Origin: Eledone cirrhosa
Lineage: Eukaryota
Direction: 5' to 3'
Assembly (NCBI GenBank): GCA_964016885.1
Contig: OZ024743.1
Span: 120,280,001 to 120,344,000 of the forward strand
DNA: 64,000 nucleotides
Part shown: in pieces, positions 26,234-40,755 of the stretch
Layout of the letters: each line of letters starts with the position of its first letter
How positions within the stretch are numbered: the stretch's first letter is position 1
Made by a program: the position numbers and the translations under genes
Notes under the pieces: generated by a model
Database searches by the model: none
What the model was told of the DNA's origin: nothing
What the model saw: the letters and a program-made list of their open reading frames with translations, nothing else

Positions 26234-28506
26234 GGGACAAAGTTAAAATAAATAAATAAATAAATAAATAAATAACTACAAATTGAAAAGTCTTCAAATA
26301 TAAACGAAATGTAGGTAGGTATGTATGGACCTGTAACTCCTGAGGGAGCCATAGGAGCATTGTAATGACATACATCTTGAGCGTATTTATACCTGACCGA
26401 ACCCATCCTCTCTCCAAGATGAATACAGCTGAGAGAGGAGAGAGAAGGAAAATCGACCCAATACTGTACTGGTACTTTTTTTTTATCAACCTCAAAAGAC
26501 TGAATGGCAAAGTTGACCTCGATGGCATTTGAACTCAGCATGCAGAGGTTATATAAATGTTTTGTTTAACATCTGTCCATAAATCATTGAGTAGTGAATT
26601 AGCAAGAGTTTTTACAAAGTGATGCAGATATTACAGGATATCAGAGTTTAACAGCATCCGATTGTTTTGGAGCCTTTGTGTTGTTCAATATAAATTTTTC
26701 CTAACAATCAGCTTTAGCTTTGCTTTCTCTGTAGCGCTGTTCAGAAAAAAAACATATACTGCAAAGCATTCTATCCAACATTCTAATGATTTGCCAATTT
26801 GCTGCCATATAAACAAAATATAAATGACTAAATAAATGAATGCATGAATTATATTATAAAATCAGTAAGGTATTGGTGAGAAAATGAATAAAACCCTAAT
26901 TATCAGAGATCTGGTCAGGCACATGTGATTATGTTTCCTAGTTAATTGGTTGATCATAAAATATGCTAGTTCATTTTGTGCAGATGTCTTTCGTAATTCT
27001 TGTTCTAGATATGTATAGTAATTGTAGGTAGTGTGAAATAAATATCAATTCCAGCTTGACCCCGTACATTGTAGCTGCATCTGAGTACACACACATTACA
27101 TATATATGCATGCACAGTATATTTAATGCACATCTAGGTTTCTATCATCTACAGTTTCCACTCATTTTGATTGTCCTGCATTTCTTTATACAGCTATCAT
27201 TCCCCATAAGCATTACGCACTTGTATTAATATAGTCTTCTCTTTTGCTCACTACATATCATTTCTTTTTTATCCAGTTTTTTTTCAACTCATTTGGTTTT
27301 TGTTGTTCATGTACACTAACATGACACATCTACTGAAGCATGCTCACTTCATTTATTTTTAAATCTTTGCAAATCCTCTGTTTTCCATGTTCATGCTTTG
27401 CTATCATACCTCATTGCATTTCTTATATAGGTATCATAGAATCTACCCTTTACTCTGAGAGAGAAAACCTTTGTTGCTAGCAAACTTAGTAGCTCCCTGA
27501 AACTTTCTACCTTTTTACTCTAGCTATTATGGCTTTAGAACACTTACTTCCACTGCCAATTGGTCACCTAGATAACAAAAGCTATCATCTACTTCTAGGG
27601 AAATGTGTGCTTTTAGTGTTTAATGCTTTTGTGCATCTGTTGCCTATGGACTCTACTCTAGCCTGCTTGTGATCCCACTACATTACATGAGCATCCATAG
27701 TTTACACTGGGGGCATCATATAGAATTCCTACTCCTTTCACTTCTTTCCTTTTTCTTGGGTAAAGTCATTTCCTTAATGATATCAGAGTTCTGTCTTTTT
27801 TCCTGCTTACTAAAACTTTAGTCTTTGGTAAATTTACTTTCAGGATATTTGCTTCCATATCAAGAACTTCTGCTCTAAATCTACTATAGATTCAGCTATA
27901 AGAATTAAGTTGTTGGCATATAGGAATTACCACAGATAGCTTGTTTTAAACTCCTATATTGTAGCCTGGCGAGAATAAAATCTATCTGGCTTATGTTTTC
28001 ACCTGATTGGTAGGTGATTTGGCCACTGCCTGCTTTCCTGATGTTTATATTACAAATGGTTATGTCATTTGTATGACAGAACTCTACACCAAAGTCATAA
28101 TTTCCATGCACACCATGGAAACAGTCATGGTGCTGCCTGACATGCCATTGAAAATCACCAGCCAAAATAATGATGTAATTGTCATTTGTTATTGAGTTAG
28201 TCTACATGAAGGCCTCATAGAAGTGATCCCTCTGTTTGTCAGCTTGACCAGTTTGTGGGCCATATGCAGCAAAATTGATGTTGTTGTTTATAACCAGCTG
28301 CATACAGATGGTTATATATATATATATCATCATCATCATACACACACACACACACACACACACGTTTTTTCTTGCCCAACATTTTGTCAATTTTTTCCTC
28401 TTCTCAGTCTTCTCTATCACCCTGTTTCTTTTATTTCTCATTTTATCTTCTGATGAAAGACTGTCTGAAACATTAAAACTCTTTCCTTACTATATCAAGT
28501 GTTAAA

Positions 28507-28540
<34 letters not shown>

Positions 28541-29668
28541 TGTAGTGGGATCACAGGTAAACTGTCTAAGAACGTAGATTTTATATGAGGTCGATGCTCA
28601 GGTGCAATAAGTAGCAAGTGTCCACAGGATACTAGCTTCTTCTATTGCCCAGATGGTTCTATAGAACTAGTGGACACTTTCCGTTACCTGGGTGACAAAA
28701 TCAGTAGTGGTGGAGAGTGCTCTGAAAGTACAGTAGCCAGAGTCAGAACGGGATGGAAAAAGTTCAGAGAGCTTATACCGCTGTTGGCCACAAAAGGTTT
28801 CTCTCTAAAAATGAAAGGCAGATTATATGATACCTGTATACAAACAGCAATGCTACATGGCAGTAAGACATGGGCATTGCATGCAGAGGACCTGCGTAGA
28901 CTGGAAAGGAACAAAGCTTGCATGCTCCGCTGGATGTGTAATAGTAATATACGTGAACGGCAAAGCATAAATGAACTAAGTGAGAAATTAGGAATAAGAG
29001 GGATCAGTTGCTGTTTACTTGAGAGAAGACTACGTTGGTATGGTCACGTGATGCACATGAAAGATGACAGTTGTATAAAACAGTGCAAGGTGATCAAAAT
29101 TGATGGTAGTTACGGAGTAGGTAGACCCAGAAAAACTTGGGACGATTTGATAAATTCCGACCTTACACACTTACACCTCTCTAAGACAATGTCACTGGAC
29201 CGAGATCTTTGGCGCTACACAGTAATACAGAAGACCCGCCTTGCCTATGTACAAAGCGAAACCTACAGTCAGTAGGTATCTCTTAACCAAATATACACCC
29301 CAATCCACTACCCCTACCCTATCCTCCCACTCCCACTAACACCACCCTCTCTCTGTAAAGTTGGTACCACAACATCCAGTTCAAATAAATGAGATAGAAA
29401 TTGAGATCGTGTAGGTGACATGACAAAAAAAACACACAGTCTACGCTGTAATGTGGCCGTGTAGGTAACACGGTAAATAGTTCCCAGTTCCACACTGTAA
29501 ATGTGGTTGGTGTTAGGAAGGGCATCCAGCCGTAGAAAACCTGCCAGATAGTCCTATATGAGTGAGACACGGTCACCCGACCAACCTTGCCTCAAGTGGG
29601 ACAACTCCCATCTAACCCATGTTAGTGTGGAAGATAGACGTTAAATGAAGATGATGATAATGATGATA
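28541..29668 (+). mobile_element. 5'-truncated RTE LINE, same family as 19095-21778
   Basis: ORF 28670-29275 closely matches the C-terminus of the 680-aa ORF; single-unit 3' UTR; TGA tail. Confidence 0.95.
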
Positions 29669-29689
29669 TATATATCTTTATTGTAAGGT

Positions 29690-30650
29690 ATCGTTTTGCT
29701 GTGTTGTTTTCCGTTTATTTGATAAAGGGGGATACCTTACTCTAAGAACTTTTCCTGCAGCTGTATGATGTCAAAGAACATATCTGTTCCCCTATCAGAT
29801 CTAAATATGTAGATTCTGGTACTATGATGAAACTTTGTGTCTGCAATATTATCAACAGCCACTAATAAAGATAGACCTTGAAAGTTGCCACAGTTTGACT
29901 TGACACCTTTTCTCTTGAACAGAGAAATCACTATTGCATCGCTTCAATCTTGTGGAGTTGGTAATCAATTAAACACATTGGCAGTCAGTGTGTTTTCTGA
30001 ATTGATTTGTTTAATGATAGCTTTTACTTCTATGTAAGGATTATTAGCCATTTTCTCATCGATTGTAACTAGGTTATAAAAAAATCTGTGAAGTTTTTTG
30101 TCTGTCACATTTGAAAACCTTCAGTATCACAATTGAAGATGAACCCATCTTTGGAGGAGAGAGGATCAGTAGTTGATTGGCAAGGACCAAATATCCATTT
30201 TAACAAGCTGTGCATTGTTTTGGTGTCCCTTTTCTAAAAAACTAGTTGAATGTCTGTGGTTATACTCTACCATCTCAGGTTCATTATGGTGCTTTGGCAG
30301 TTTTTCTATCTTCAAGTATTCCTTTCCAGACAAATTAGAATCAAGCAACTTCTGCTTGATGTCTAAAAACATAGATATTCTTGAATTATTATCATCGAAC
30401 CATTCTTGGTGTTTCTGTATCCGGAAGCCTAGAAAATTAGCAGAGGTTATATAAACATTTTGTTTAACATCTGTCCATAAACCATTGAGTGGTGAATTAG
30501 CAAGAGTTTTTACAAAGTGATGCAGATTTTACAGGATATCAGATTTTAACAGCATTCGATTGTTTTGGAGCCTTTGCGTTGTTCAATATAAATTTTTCCT
30601 AACAATCGGTTTTAACTTTGCTTTCTCTGTAGTGCTGTTCAGAAAAAAAA
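29690..30650 (-). mobile_element. Decayed RTE-type RT fragment
   Basis: ISLFKRKGVKSNCGNFQGLSLL...RGTDMFF..QLQEKFLE. Confidence 0.7.
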
Positions 30651-33600
30651 TCACTACTAAGAAACTGCCAAGATTACCAACAAACACAACTATAACTAAG
30701 CACACATCATAGCTATTTGTCTCTTGTTCAACACAATTATAACCTAATCATGTTGATGGAGTAGAGCCACACACTTGTGTTTTTTAAGGGTGTTATGGGG
30801 AAACATATCTCCCAGTTTAACACTACTCTCTGGTCCATGGGTACTTTTAGTGGAATTCACTCTGTTGCAAGCATTTGGATCAAACTCATAACTGGGGACC
30901 TCTCAATTCACTATTGCCTGTTTTACTTTCCCATGATAAAAAATAACAAATCTTTCTCTTCACTAATGTCCATGGATTTTATTCAAACCTAGACTCTACC
31001 CACTTGCAAACCCCACATCATATTCCTTACTGAGACACAAATCTCTCGACTTCTATCTATGGTCCATCTCTGTTGTCTAAGCTACATTCATTACTCCAGC
31101 CTCTCTGTGAATGTTGGTATCTGTGTATATGTAGATTTTACACACCCTGTTGAATTTTTTGACAAAATAGTATTTTGCCTATCACTTAATCTATAGAACT
31201 TAGTTACAACAGGCATTAAAATCATCAGACAGGAATTTTGTTATTAGTCATAGTAGAGGGTCTGGCTTTTCTGAGACTCACAAAATATAAAATAAAGATT
31301 TTTTTTCTTTGAGTAAAGAGTTGGTGTGTTAATAAGAAAGGTCACATGTCATTTGCAAGACAGAGTTTAATAATTCAGTCACCCATATTGAATGGCATCT
31401 CATCCAGTTTTTTACCTAGGTTCTTCCTGTTTGCAAAGCCAACATTGCATGCACAATTTTCATTTGTCAGGTTACCGACTCAAGAGAAGCTATAGGTACA
31501 TCTCATTTCAGTTAGTTGACCTTCTCCTAATAAACATGTTTCTGAAAGAGCAGCAATTTCAATCTTATATCAGTTAAGTTCTGTACCGAGAACAGTATGG
31601 CACTAAGGCTGTCTGGATTTATCATCATCCAGTTGGGTTCATTCTAACAGCACATCCCTTTGTTTACATTTTTACTTTTGTTCTCTCACTGAAATGAACA
31701 GCCATCAGTTGTGGCAAACTGACTAGGAAGAGGACCTTCTTCGGTCACGATTGACACTGAGTTTTGCACCTAGAAAATTCCCCTCCAAGACAAGATGTTT
31801 TTGTGAAAGATAAGGAGTTGCCCATGCATACTAGTCTCCCTCTTCATGCCACTGATGTTGAATGGTAAAGACCAATACAACTTGGCACTAGTTGGTCAAA
31901 TAGAGGTTACAGGTGGTTCAATAGAGGTTAAGTCATTGTGTGTGTGTATTTATGTTTATTGTATGTGTGTATTTTATGTGCTTATATGCTAAATCTAGCA
32001 AAAAAAATCCAAAGAAGGATTTTAACTATAATGCAACATCAATTTCTACAGTTACCCCCAGTAAAGAATCTCTTCCCATTGCTGCTACTATACAATAAGC
32101 AAATGTGCCAACAAGAAACCACTATAGCTTTGGCATTTCTGCTAAATGCACCAAACATCAGTCCATCCATCAGTGTGCAAAAATAGAAGATTTCAATCAA
32201 TAAGGGTTGGGTTGCCGACAACTCATATCACTTCAAATAGTCATTCAATAAATATCGTGATAATGGAGGATGTATAATATATAACTGCATCTCTTGTTCA
32301 CTTCATATACAGCCATATTAGTTACCCTCTCATCTATTTCCCTCTTTACTATTCACTATATTATACCACCTGTATAACAAGGGCAGTATTTAATCTGTCT
32401 GTATTCAATCTCACCACCACACTACCTCTCTTACATGACCATTCTATCACAGCACTAATAAGGGATGGCATTGGATCTGCTCATATTTAGTAACTCCTCC
32501 ACCACCCATCACCCCTCTTTGTTTCTATCCATCATTTTCCATGAAACAGTCTTTAAAATGTGTTGTATAACTCATGCCAGCATGGAAAAGCAGATGTAAA
32601 AACAATGGTAATGATGAGGATGATAGATGAGCCTGTGTGTGGTGTTTGTGTGTGAATATGTATATGTGTAAAGAAAAAGTTAGTGAGAAATTCATCATCT
32701 CCCAGAATACAAAAATGTAAATAAACCGTTAAAAAAAATTACTGAATTCTCCTGTGAGAAGTTTGCAGTTGTGATATTGCATTCTCATCTTGTGATTATT
32801 CCAAAGTTTCCTTAAGGAATACAAATTTTTTCCTCTAAATCTTCAACAGATTTATCTATGAGAAGTAGATTTTTGACAACTCGTTTTAATCTCTTCTGTT
32901 ATGGCTGATATTTTCAATATTTACAGCTGGTCTTAATCTCTTCTGTTTTGCCAGATATTTTCAATATTTCAGCCACTACTTCTGGTGGTCTTGTTACCTT
33001 GCCTGTATTTATATCCTTGATCTTTCTTTCTTCCACCTCTCATAATACAATTTACAAGCCTCTTTCTTTTTGGTGTTGTACAAACATATTTTCCCTAATA
33101 GTATTTTCATTCATATTGACACACTGATTTGCAATCCAGAATATCTCGTGCTTCTGACCCATTTCATTGCAAAACATTGGTAAACATTAAAAAAAATGTT
33201 CATCTTATCTCTATACTATGTATCCTGATGTCTAGCTTCCCTTCTAGCTACCTGATAATGATATTGCTCTTTACTGTTATCAGGTTTCTCCAGACTGGTC
33301 TCATAGCTTTTAGAGCTCTACTTACTGTACTATTCCACAACTATGGTACCTTCTATCAGGCTAGTATATTTCTCTAGCCACAGACCTAGTCTGTGGTTCA
33401 AAGCAAGTTCTCCTGACAACTAAAATCTATAGGTTTGTCCTCTCATATACTAGTCTCAAAAATGAACACTGCTAATGTGTCAGTAATTTATTTAGTCAAA
33501 CTACCTACTAAGAATACGTTAAATATTCAAATCAGTGTATCTGGTTTAATAATTCACTTAACATTTTGGCTTTAAATTTAATTTGACAGTGATCAGTTAA

Positions 33601-35188
33601 GAGTAGGATAAGTTGTTGCTGAAGATTATGCAATAACGTTTGAAACTACAGTCTAGCCAATGTCTTTTTCTGTCCACACTAAAATTGTAGAAACAAAAGG
33701 ATAGTATTTATGACTGTTCTGTGTCTAATTAATTTTATTTAATTCACACATGCAATGATGGCAAAAATCTATAGACTTGTCTTGTAGCATATTACAGCAA
33801 TTATACATCATTATTTCTTTCTCTTCCTTGACATATGTCGTCTAGAATCTTTCTTAACTTACGTGAAACAGAAGGATCTTTCCACTACTGTACTTTCTGT
33901 CTCTTTATTGTCTTGTTTGTCTAGCTCTTACTCTGAAGTTACTAGTTGTGTGTTTATCTATGTTGAGTGGTACCTTCTTCACCAGGGAAAGAATTATTAT
34001 TTACAACCATCTGTCTATCTCATTTGCTGGTTAGTATGAAGTCTATCTGGCTTTTGTGTTAGTCTGGTTGGTATTCATCAAATGATTGGTCATTTTTCTA
34101 AAGTCAGTGCTTTGATCCATCTTCATTTATACCCCATGGTACTGTCTAACATTTCCGTTAATATCACCAACCATCATAATGAAGTCACTGTAATTTGTTA
34201 CTGAGGTGATCTGCAAGAAGGCCTCATGGAAATAACCTTTTTGCCCATTTGTTAATCTCTACTGTGGTGTATGAGGAGGGATAATTGTTGCTGCCTCATT
34301 GCCTACATCTATTCTAAGCTTTATAATTATCACATACCCTGGCTATTTGAAAAACCATGCAAAAGCACTCAGCCCATACTGTACACGACAAAAAGCACAC
34401 AGCCCACACTGTAAAGTGGTCATGTAGATGTCATGACAAAAAGCACCCAGCCCTCACTGTAAGGTGGTTGTGTAGGAGTCACAACAAAAGGCACCCAGCA
34501 AGCACACACTGTAAATGTGGTTGGCGTTAGAAACCTAGTCAGAAAGAGTTCTATATTAGCAAGACACGGTCACATGACCCAACTTGCCTCTAATGGGACA
34601 GCCCATCTAACCCATTCTAGTGTGGAAAATGGATGTTATACGATGATGATGATGATGATGATGCCTGACTGACACATAACTGCATGCTAAATTTGATACC
34701 AAACTTATTGCTAACTTTCATTTTACTGACAATACCTCAGTACATGGCTTTCAAAAGTCATTCATTTACACTAACATTTTTTAACACCCATCAGATTAGT
34801 CTGTGAAACATCTTTGCCAGGTGAACAAATGAGTGGCTTGTTCTAAGCTAAGAACTTTTCCTGTAGTTGTCTCCCCAAGGAGAGGTTATTGGTGGTTCCC
34901 TATTCTGGTACTAACCCAAATTGTCTTTCATCTGAGCTATTTCACTACACATGTGCATGAATAATGTATATATAGATATATATTCTTGCATGTATATTTG
35001 GAATGTATTGATGTCATATTTGCAGTAAAGCAACATAAGTTAGTTTATCTGGAAGAGCCTGATCAACACTCAATGAATTCATTGTTTCAGAGTGGCAATT
35101 AATTAATTATTCCATTTTGAAAGGGCTGTGAACAGAGGGCAAAGATAACATGTGAAGCTCCTATAAAAAACAAATACCCTGGAATAAA

Positions 35189-35190
<2 letters not shown>

Positions 35191-35254
<64 letters not shown>
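35191..35254. repeat. (GT)n microsatellite just upstream of the last TM2D2 exon
   Basis: Read directly. Confidence 0.95.
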
Positions 35255-35256
<2 letters not shown>

Positions 35257-35320
35257 TTAAAAATACAAACTACTAAACTTTTAAAAACGTTTTTCATATT
35301 TAAAAAAATACTATTTACAG

Positions 35321-35445
35321 GTACTGCTGTTGGTAAATTACTAACACTTGGTGGAATAGGTATCTGGTGGATTGTTGACATCATTCTTTTGATTACTGGA
35401 TCTTTGAAGCCTGAAGATGGTAGCAGTTGGGTTCCATATTACTGA
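35321..35445 (+). CDS. TM2D2: TM2D2 last coding exon
   Basis: Acceptor tttacAG; (G)[40 protein letters not shown]. Spliced CDS is 155+88+116+89+125=573 nt, i.e. 190 aa plus stop, in frame. Confidence 0.95.
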
Positions 35446-35706
35446 ACAATCTTTTAAAATGAATATATTTATATGTATTGATATGTGGAAAAATTGTATT
35501 TTTGCTGTTTGTAAGCCTCAAAACATAAGACTCATTTTAGGATAATTGGTGTTTTCCATTAAAAAAAAAAAATACTCATTTAACAAAGATGAATGAATGA
35601 ACTTTGCATACTTGGAAATAATGTCAGTTAAAACCTGCAATCAGTTAATGATAAAAATTTGTATTATATGTGCCCTGTGAATTGTTTTATTGTTAACTAT
35701 TGTATG

Positions 35707-35712
35707 AATAAA
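35707..35712 (+). promoter_or_regulatory. Candidate polyadenylation signal of TM2D2
   Basis: AATAAA about 260 nt after the stop codon; a second AATAAA at 35801. Confidence 0.5.
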
Positions 35713-36011
35713 ATTTCAATTAAAAATATTAAGACAGATTCATATTTTGGAAATGATGTTTTATTTAACTAAATTTAATTTTAACATGTCAACCTATGTG
35801 AATAAATTATTATGTAACATTGTGAATAATGATTTCAGATAAAATTTTCTCTCTAAGATGGTTTTTATTACTTTTTCATGAGAAAGGGCAGTACCCATGA
35901 CCTATCTTGCCCCCTCTCTCTCTGGACTTACACATGTGCACAGATATACACATACACATATATGTCTAGACATAGATATATATATATATATATATGCATA
36001 TATATATATAA

Positions 36012-36452
36012 AGGCGCATGGCTTAGTGGTTAGAGCATTGGGCTTGCAATCGAAAGGTTGTGAGTTCAATTCTCGGACCGGGTGATGTGTTGTTTCCATG
36101 AGCAAGACACTTTATTTCACATTGCTTCAGTTTACTCAGCTGTAGAAATGAGATGATAGGACTGGGGTTCCTATCATTCCACTGCAAAATGGTCGTGGAG
36201 GTGCCATGGCAAAAACGCACCCAGCCTAAACTCTAAAGTGGACGTGTAGGCACCACGGAAAAAAGCACCCAGCACTCACTGTAAAATGAGGTTGGTGTTA
36301 ACAAGGGCATCCAGCTGTAGAAATCAAGCCAGAATCAGTTCCCGTATGAGCAAGACAAGGTCAGCCGACCTGACACTGCCCATAACAGGACAACCGGTCT
36401 AACCCATGGTAGCGTGGAAGAACGGAAGTAAAACGTTGATGATGATGATGAT
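36012..36452 (+). mobile_element. Second tRNA-derived SINE family with CORE-like centre and RTE-derived 3' tail
   Basis: TGGCTTAGTGGTTAGAG / GAGTTCAATTC boxes, TGAGCAAGACACTT...CAGCTGTAGAAATG, then AAGGGCATCCAGCTGTAGAAA...(TGA)n shared with the RTE 3' UTR. Confidence 0.8.
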
Positions 36453-36689
36453 ATGCAAACCCATACAGTTATAAGAATATACCTCAACATCCATACTTCT
36501 ACACCAGTATGGATGTGGCCCTATGCATGCATATCTCATATACACACACACACACACTCATACAAATATACACCTACAAGTTCATATGAATGCAGTCATG
36601 TTCATAGATATACACAACCAAACATTTACCTACATTCATATGCCCTCCCCATTGATATATATATATATATATATGAAGGCACGCTGGCT

Positions 36690-37780
36690 CTGGTACAGTT
36701 GGGACAAGTGTGTGGTTGGGTGGTGGACAGCTTTCTCCTTTGATGTCTGTCTTCAGCTGCTATCTTCCTGTTCTCCTCAAAGCTGGCTGCAGCTGTTTTG
36801 ATGACCACTCTTCATTTTCTCAGTCCTCTGCCAGGTGTTCCCATTCCCTGTGATCAATATTGCCTTGGATCAGCTGGCGCTTGAGTTGATCCTTGAAGCG
36901 TTTTTGGAGTGCTCCTTGGTTTTGCTTACCTTGACAAGGCTCGCTGTATAATACTTGCCTTTGGCATCCTAGAGTTGTTCATGTGCGATACATGGCCTGC
37001 CCAGTAGAGCTGTTTCAGCATTAACATGTTCTCAATGTTTGTGATATCAGCCCTCTTGAGAACTTCCCCGTTTGTTACATAGCCCTGTCAACGGATGCCC
37101 ATGATGGAGTAAAGGCACTGCTGATTGAATCTTTCCAGTAGCTTGTTTTGGTTCCAGTACAGGACCTAGCTTCCAGCTCTGTAGAGGAGAGTAGTGATTA
37201 CAGCAGCTCTGTAGACTCTGATCTTTGTGGTGAAGCATAGAGAGTTTCTGCAAGCGTCCGAATGAACTGCTGGCCTTGACAATGTGGTTGTCAATGTCCT
37301 TTGCTGAGGTAATGTCGTTGTAGGGTGCTGCAGGTCTTCCTGTATGTCAACTTGGCTGACTGGCTTTTCGGATTTGGCACCACTTTTTGGTGTGCAGAGC
37401 GTTTCTCGTCAACGAGCTTTTGGATCTCATTATCATTCTCAACAAACTAGTCTTTGTTCTTCCTTGTAGAGAAACCCACCACTTTTGCTGTTGTGTTCTC
37501 TAACACCCTCTTCAGGTCTTGCTAAAAAGTCTCTGGTTTGGCGTTGCGAGCTACAATGGTGTTGAGCTTTGCTTCCATCTTTTCCTGAAATTTTCCCTTC
37601 AGCAAGGGGAAGCGATTAACATTGATCTTTTTTTGAATTGTGAGGCTCTTTTCTTCACGATGGGCTTGACCCACAATCTGAGAGTTTATCGTACGGTCCG
37701 ATGGTCAGTGTAGCAGTCAGCACTTGGCATACTCTTTCAAATCTCTCTGGCGCACAAGATATAATTCAGTAGGTCATACG
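36690..37780 (-). mobile_element. Decayed BovB-like RTE fragment
   Basis: Minus-strand remnants such as QLYWAGHVSHM and QGALQKRFKDQLKRQL; the RT core is missing. Confidence 0.7.
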
Positions 37781-38084
37781 ACCATCACTACCGTTTTGCA
37801 AATTTTCACAGTACTGTTACGTGGAAAAGATTTTTAACAATTTATTTATTGATCGCAGTAAACTATTATATATTTAATTTAATTATATAAATTTGGGATT
37901 TAGTAACGTGTTCCTCTGAAGATTGCGGTTGCCTAGTTGACATCAATCGTAGTTTCTGCTCTGAGTAGTTGGGGGGAAATGTCCCAAGTTTCCGTATGAT
38001 TGTATTGTCATTGTCAATAATTCGGTAATCAGGATCGTGAGTTCTGTCTTGATTGAGATTAGCAAATGATGATGATGGTATATG

Positions 38085-39820
38085 ACCATTCATAAAAGGA
38101 TTTGTTGGTCAGATATATACGTGCTAATTTCATGGAACGTTAAACCCAGACGTTTTCCAGTTGAATTCAAATAAAGCCGTGTGAATATGCTCATATCATC
38201 GATGAAATAATGTAACAGATAGATCGATCAAAGAAAATAATATAATATAGACAGAGGTTTAGAAATAGACAGAAAAACAAAACAAAAAATAAACGTAGGT
38301 TTGCTATCTAGTTTTACGCGTGTCTATCGTAACTTAGAACATCGAGATGTTTATGGGCATCATAAAGAGACAGTGGAGACTTCTGTGTCCTTGGCCCTAG
38401 GTCCACCTCAGTACTCACCACCATCAACACAGAGTTGGTTACCCACAGGTGTGAGCCTTGCGAGCTGGAATGGCTCTTCCAGCGTGTCTTCATCACCATC
38501 CGCCGGAGAAATGCCTTCTTTATTCTGTCCGATGGGGCCGCGGCGTAGCAAGCGCATGGGTCCCCATTTGTTCATAATAGTGGGAGATGGGGAGAGCGAG
38601 AGAGACGAAGCAGAGTTTAGTTCCTTTGTGTTCGGATCTGGTGTATATTTGTAAGTTTCACTCACACTGAAGATTTGCACCATCTATAGGTTATAACAAA
38701 CAGATAGCCCGACCATAAAGAAGTAGGAAAGAGAGGTGTGGAAGAGAGGGATGTAATATAATACAGACTGCACGTTTTAGAATATACATATTTAATAAAT
38801 TAAAATATCTTATTTTGCTTCCAATTTTCGGAAAACCTTTTATTAGTTAGAACTGCACGTGGAAATATCGTGGACATTTCGGGGTTGTTTGCCAGTCAAC
38901 ACGCCCGTCTGGAAAGAAGAGGAAGATATATATATATATAAATAAAAAAAAGACTGAGAAAGACTTAATGTAAGACTAATAGAGAAATATTGAGTTAAAT
39001 TACAATTTCTCAATTTGCTTTTACTATTCGTAAAATGGATTTGCAGGTCCGATATGCGTGTAGCTCCCTCTTTCAACTTCAGACTTAGAAATGGTTGCCA
39101 ATTGCATTTATATATGTTTGTGTGAACACGTGCGTGAATCACAAGTGAGAAAGAGGCGGAGAAAAAAAAGCAAAAGGGATAATAAAACTGATAAATGGTT
39201 TAAATAGAAATATTACTAAATAAAATTAAAAATATTTAGCTTGCTGTACTATTCGTAGAAGGGTCTGTTGGTCAGCTATGCGCGTGGTAATCTCATGTAA
39301 CTTGGAAACTTTGATTTTCGCCAGTCGAATTTATATATGGCTGTGTGAACACGTCTGTATCTATGATGAGAAAGAAACAAGCAGACGGAGGGAAATGTGA
39401 ACTAAAAGAGAGATAGAGAGAAATAATACAATAACACAGATAGAGGGTTTGAAATAGAGATATATTAAATTAAATTAAAATTTGTTAACTTGCTTCTACA
39501 GTTCTTAAAACACTTTGTTGGCTGGTCAAATATGAACGTGCAAATATGAACTGCAGAGGTGCTTGCCACTCAAAATCATGTATGGTTGTCTGAACACACG
39601 ATTATTATTGATATGAAAGAGACAGACAGAGAGGAATGATAATGATGATGATGATGACAAAAGAGAAGAGAAAGAGGGAGAGAGAGAGAGATAATTTAAT
39701 AAAACCGATAGTGGCTTTAAAATAGAAACATTATTAAATTAAACTTTCGTAGCTTGCTTCTACCATTTCTAAAATGTGATGGGAAATATATGCGTGGTAA
39801 TACCATCCAACTTCAAATTC
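38085..39820. repeat. Degenerate tandem repeat of about 225-265-bp units
   Basis: Recurrent TTGCT..TAC.ATT, GTTGGTCAG.TATGCGTG, TGTGTGAACACG and ATAGAGGTTT.AAATAGA motifs at about 38085, 39015, 39240, 39490 and 39753. Confidence 0.6.
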
Positions 39821-40259
39821 CTTAAATTCAGAAATGATATCACTTGGGATATCAGCCGTTGTATATTTAATAATAAAGCACCCCTATATTTCAACGCATT
39901 GTTCTATATCCTATATTGACTAGTAAATGTCTAATATTCCGAGATCTTGTATTATATTGACTCGTAAATGTCCTAAATTACACGAAGAACAAAATCATAT
40001 ATATTTACAAATTTGTTTATATTACTTTTTGCAATTTTGAAAAGTTGGCAACCTTATATGTAACTAATAAAAACAAATAGAACGAGAGAGTTAGATACGC
40101 AATACATTTACAAGACTGATTTATGGGTACCGAAGTTGGAAACACTATCTATCTGTCTGCTTGTCTGTCTGTCTGCGCAAAATGCAAACAAATAACAAAG
40201 CAAACGACAATACAATGAAGAAATATATTAGTTTTATACTTGATATGTATGTATGTATG

Positions 40260-40755
40260 TTCTTCTGGTTTTATAATTTCACAAATTTCCCCAATAGAGA
40301 AAGAGTCGGTTTCTAACAGATATAAGACTCTCTCATTGGAATCTACACAACATCAACTAGGTAGATATGTCTGCCTGTCTGCATGCATACATGTGTGTGC
40401 AGGTATGGATGTTATTGTATGTGTGGATGTGTATGTTTTGAGTTGTATGTGTGCATATACATATGCTTTGTACCTGTACAAGTGTATATGCAGTTATTAG
40501 ATGCAGAATTTTTGGAATGTTTTACATATTTTTTACTGTTCCATTAATGGATTGTACTTGTAATTTCCTAACTAGTCGTGTTCTTTCTGTTCCTGTGAAG
40601 CCCAGCCTCTCAAGATTTGTATTGAGGCAGTTACTAACATACCCCAGTACTCCAATAATCACAGGTATAAATCTGAAGGTATAGTCAGGGTGGAGTATCT
40701 GCAGATTTCTCATTAGTTCTACATAGGTATTCTCCTTTTCGTTAATCTTTGATAT
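40260..40755 (-). mobile_element. R4-like (CATA)n-bounded family, 5'-truncated copy 3
   Basis: EKENTYVELMRNLQILHPDYTFRFIPVIIGVLGYV and the same 3' UTR as copies 1 and 2; (TATG)n on both sides. Confidence 0.9.

Noticed and set aside
28440-28515. CTGATGA...GAAAC hammerhead-like core
   Set aside because: Stem II and stem I do not pair convincingly; at most a decayed Penelope-type remnant.
36012-36085. tRNA-like sequence (also about 43383-43455)
   Set aside because: It continues into a SINE body, and I could not form a proper acceptor stem, so it is a SINE head and not a tRNA gene.
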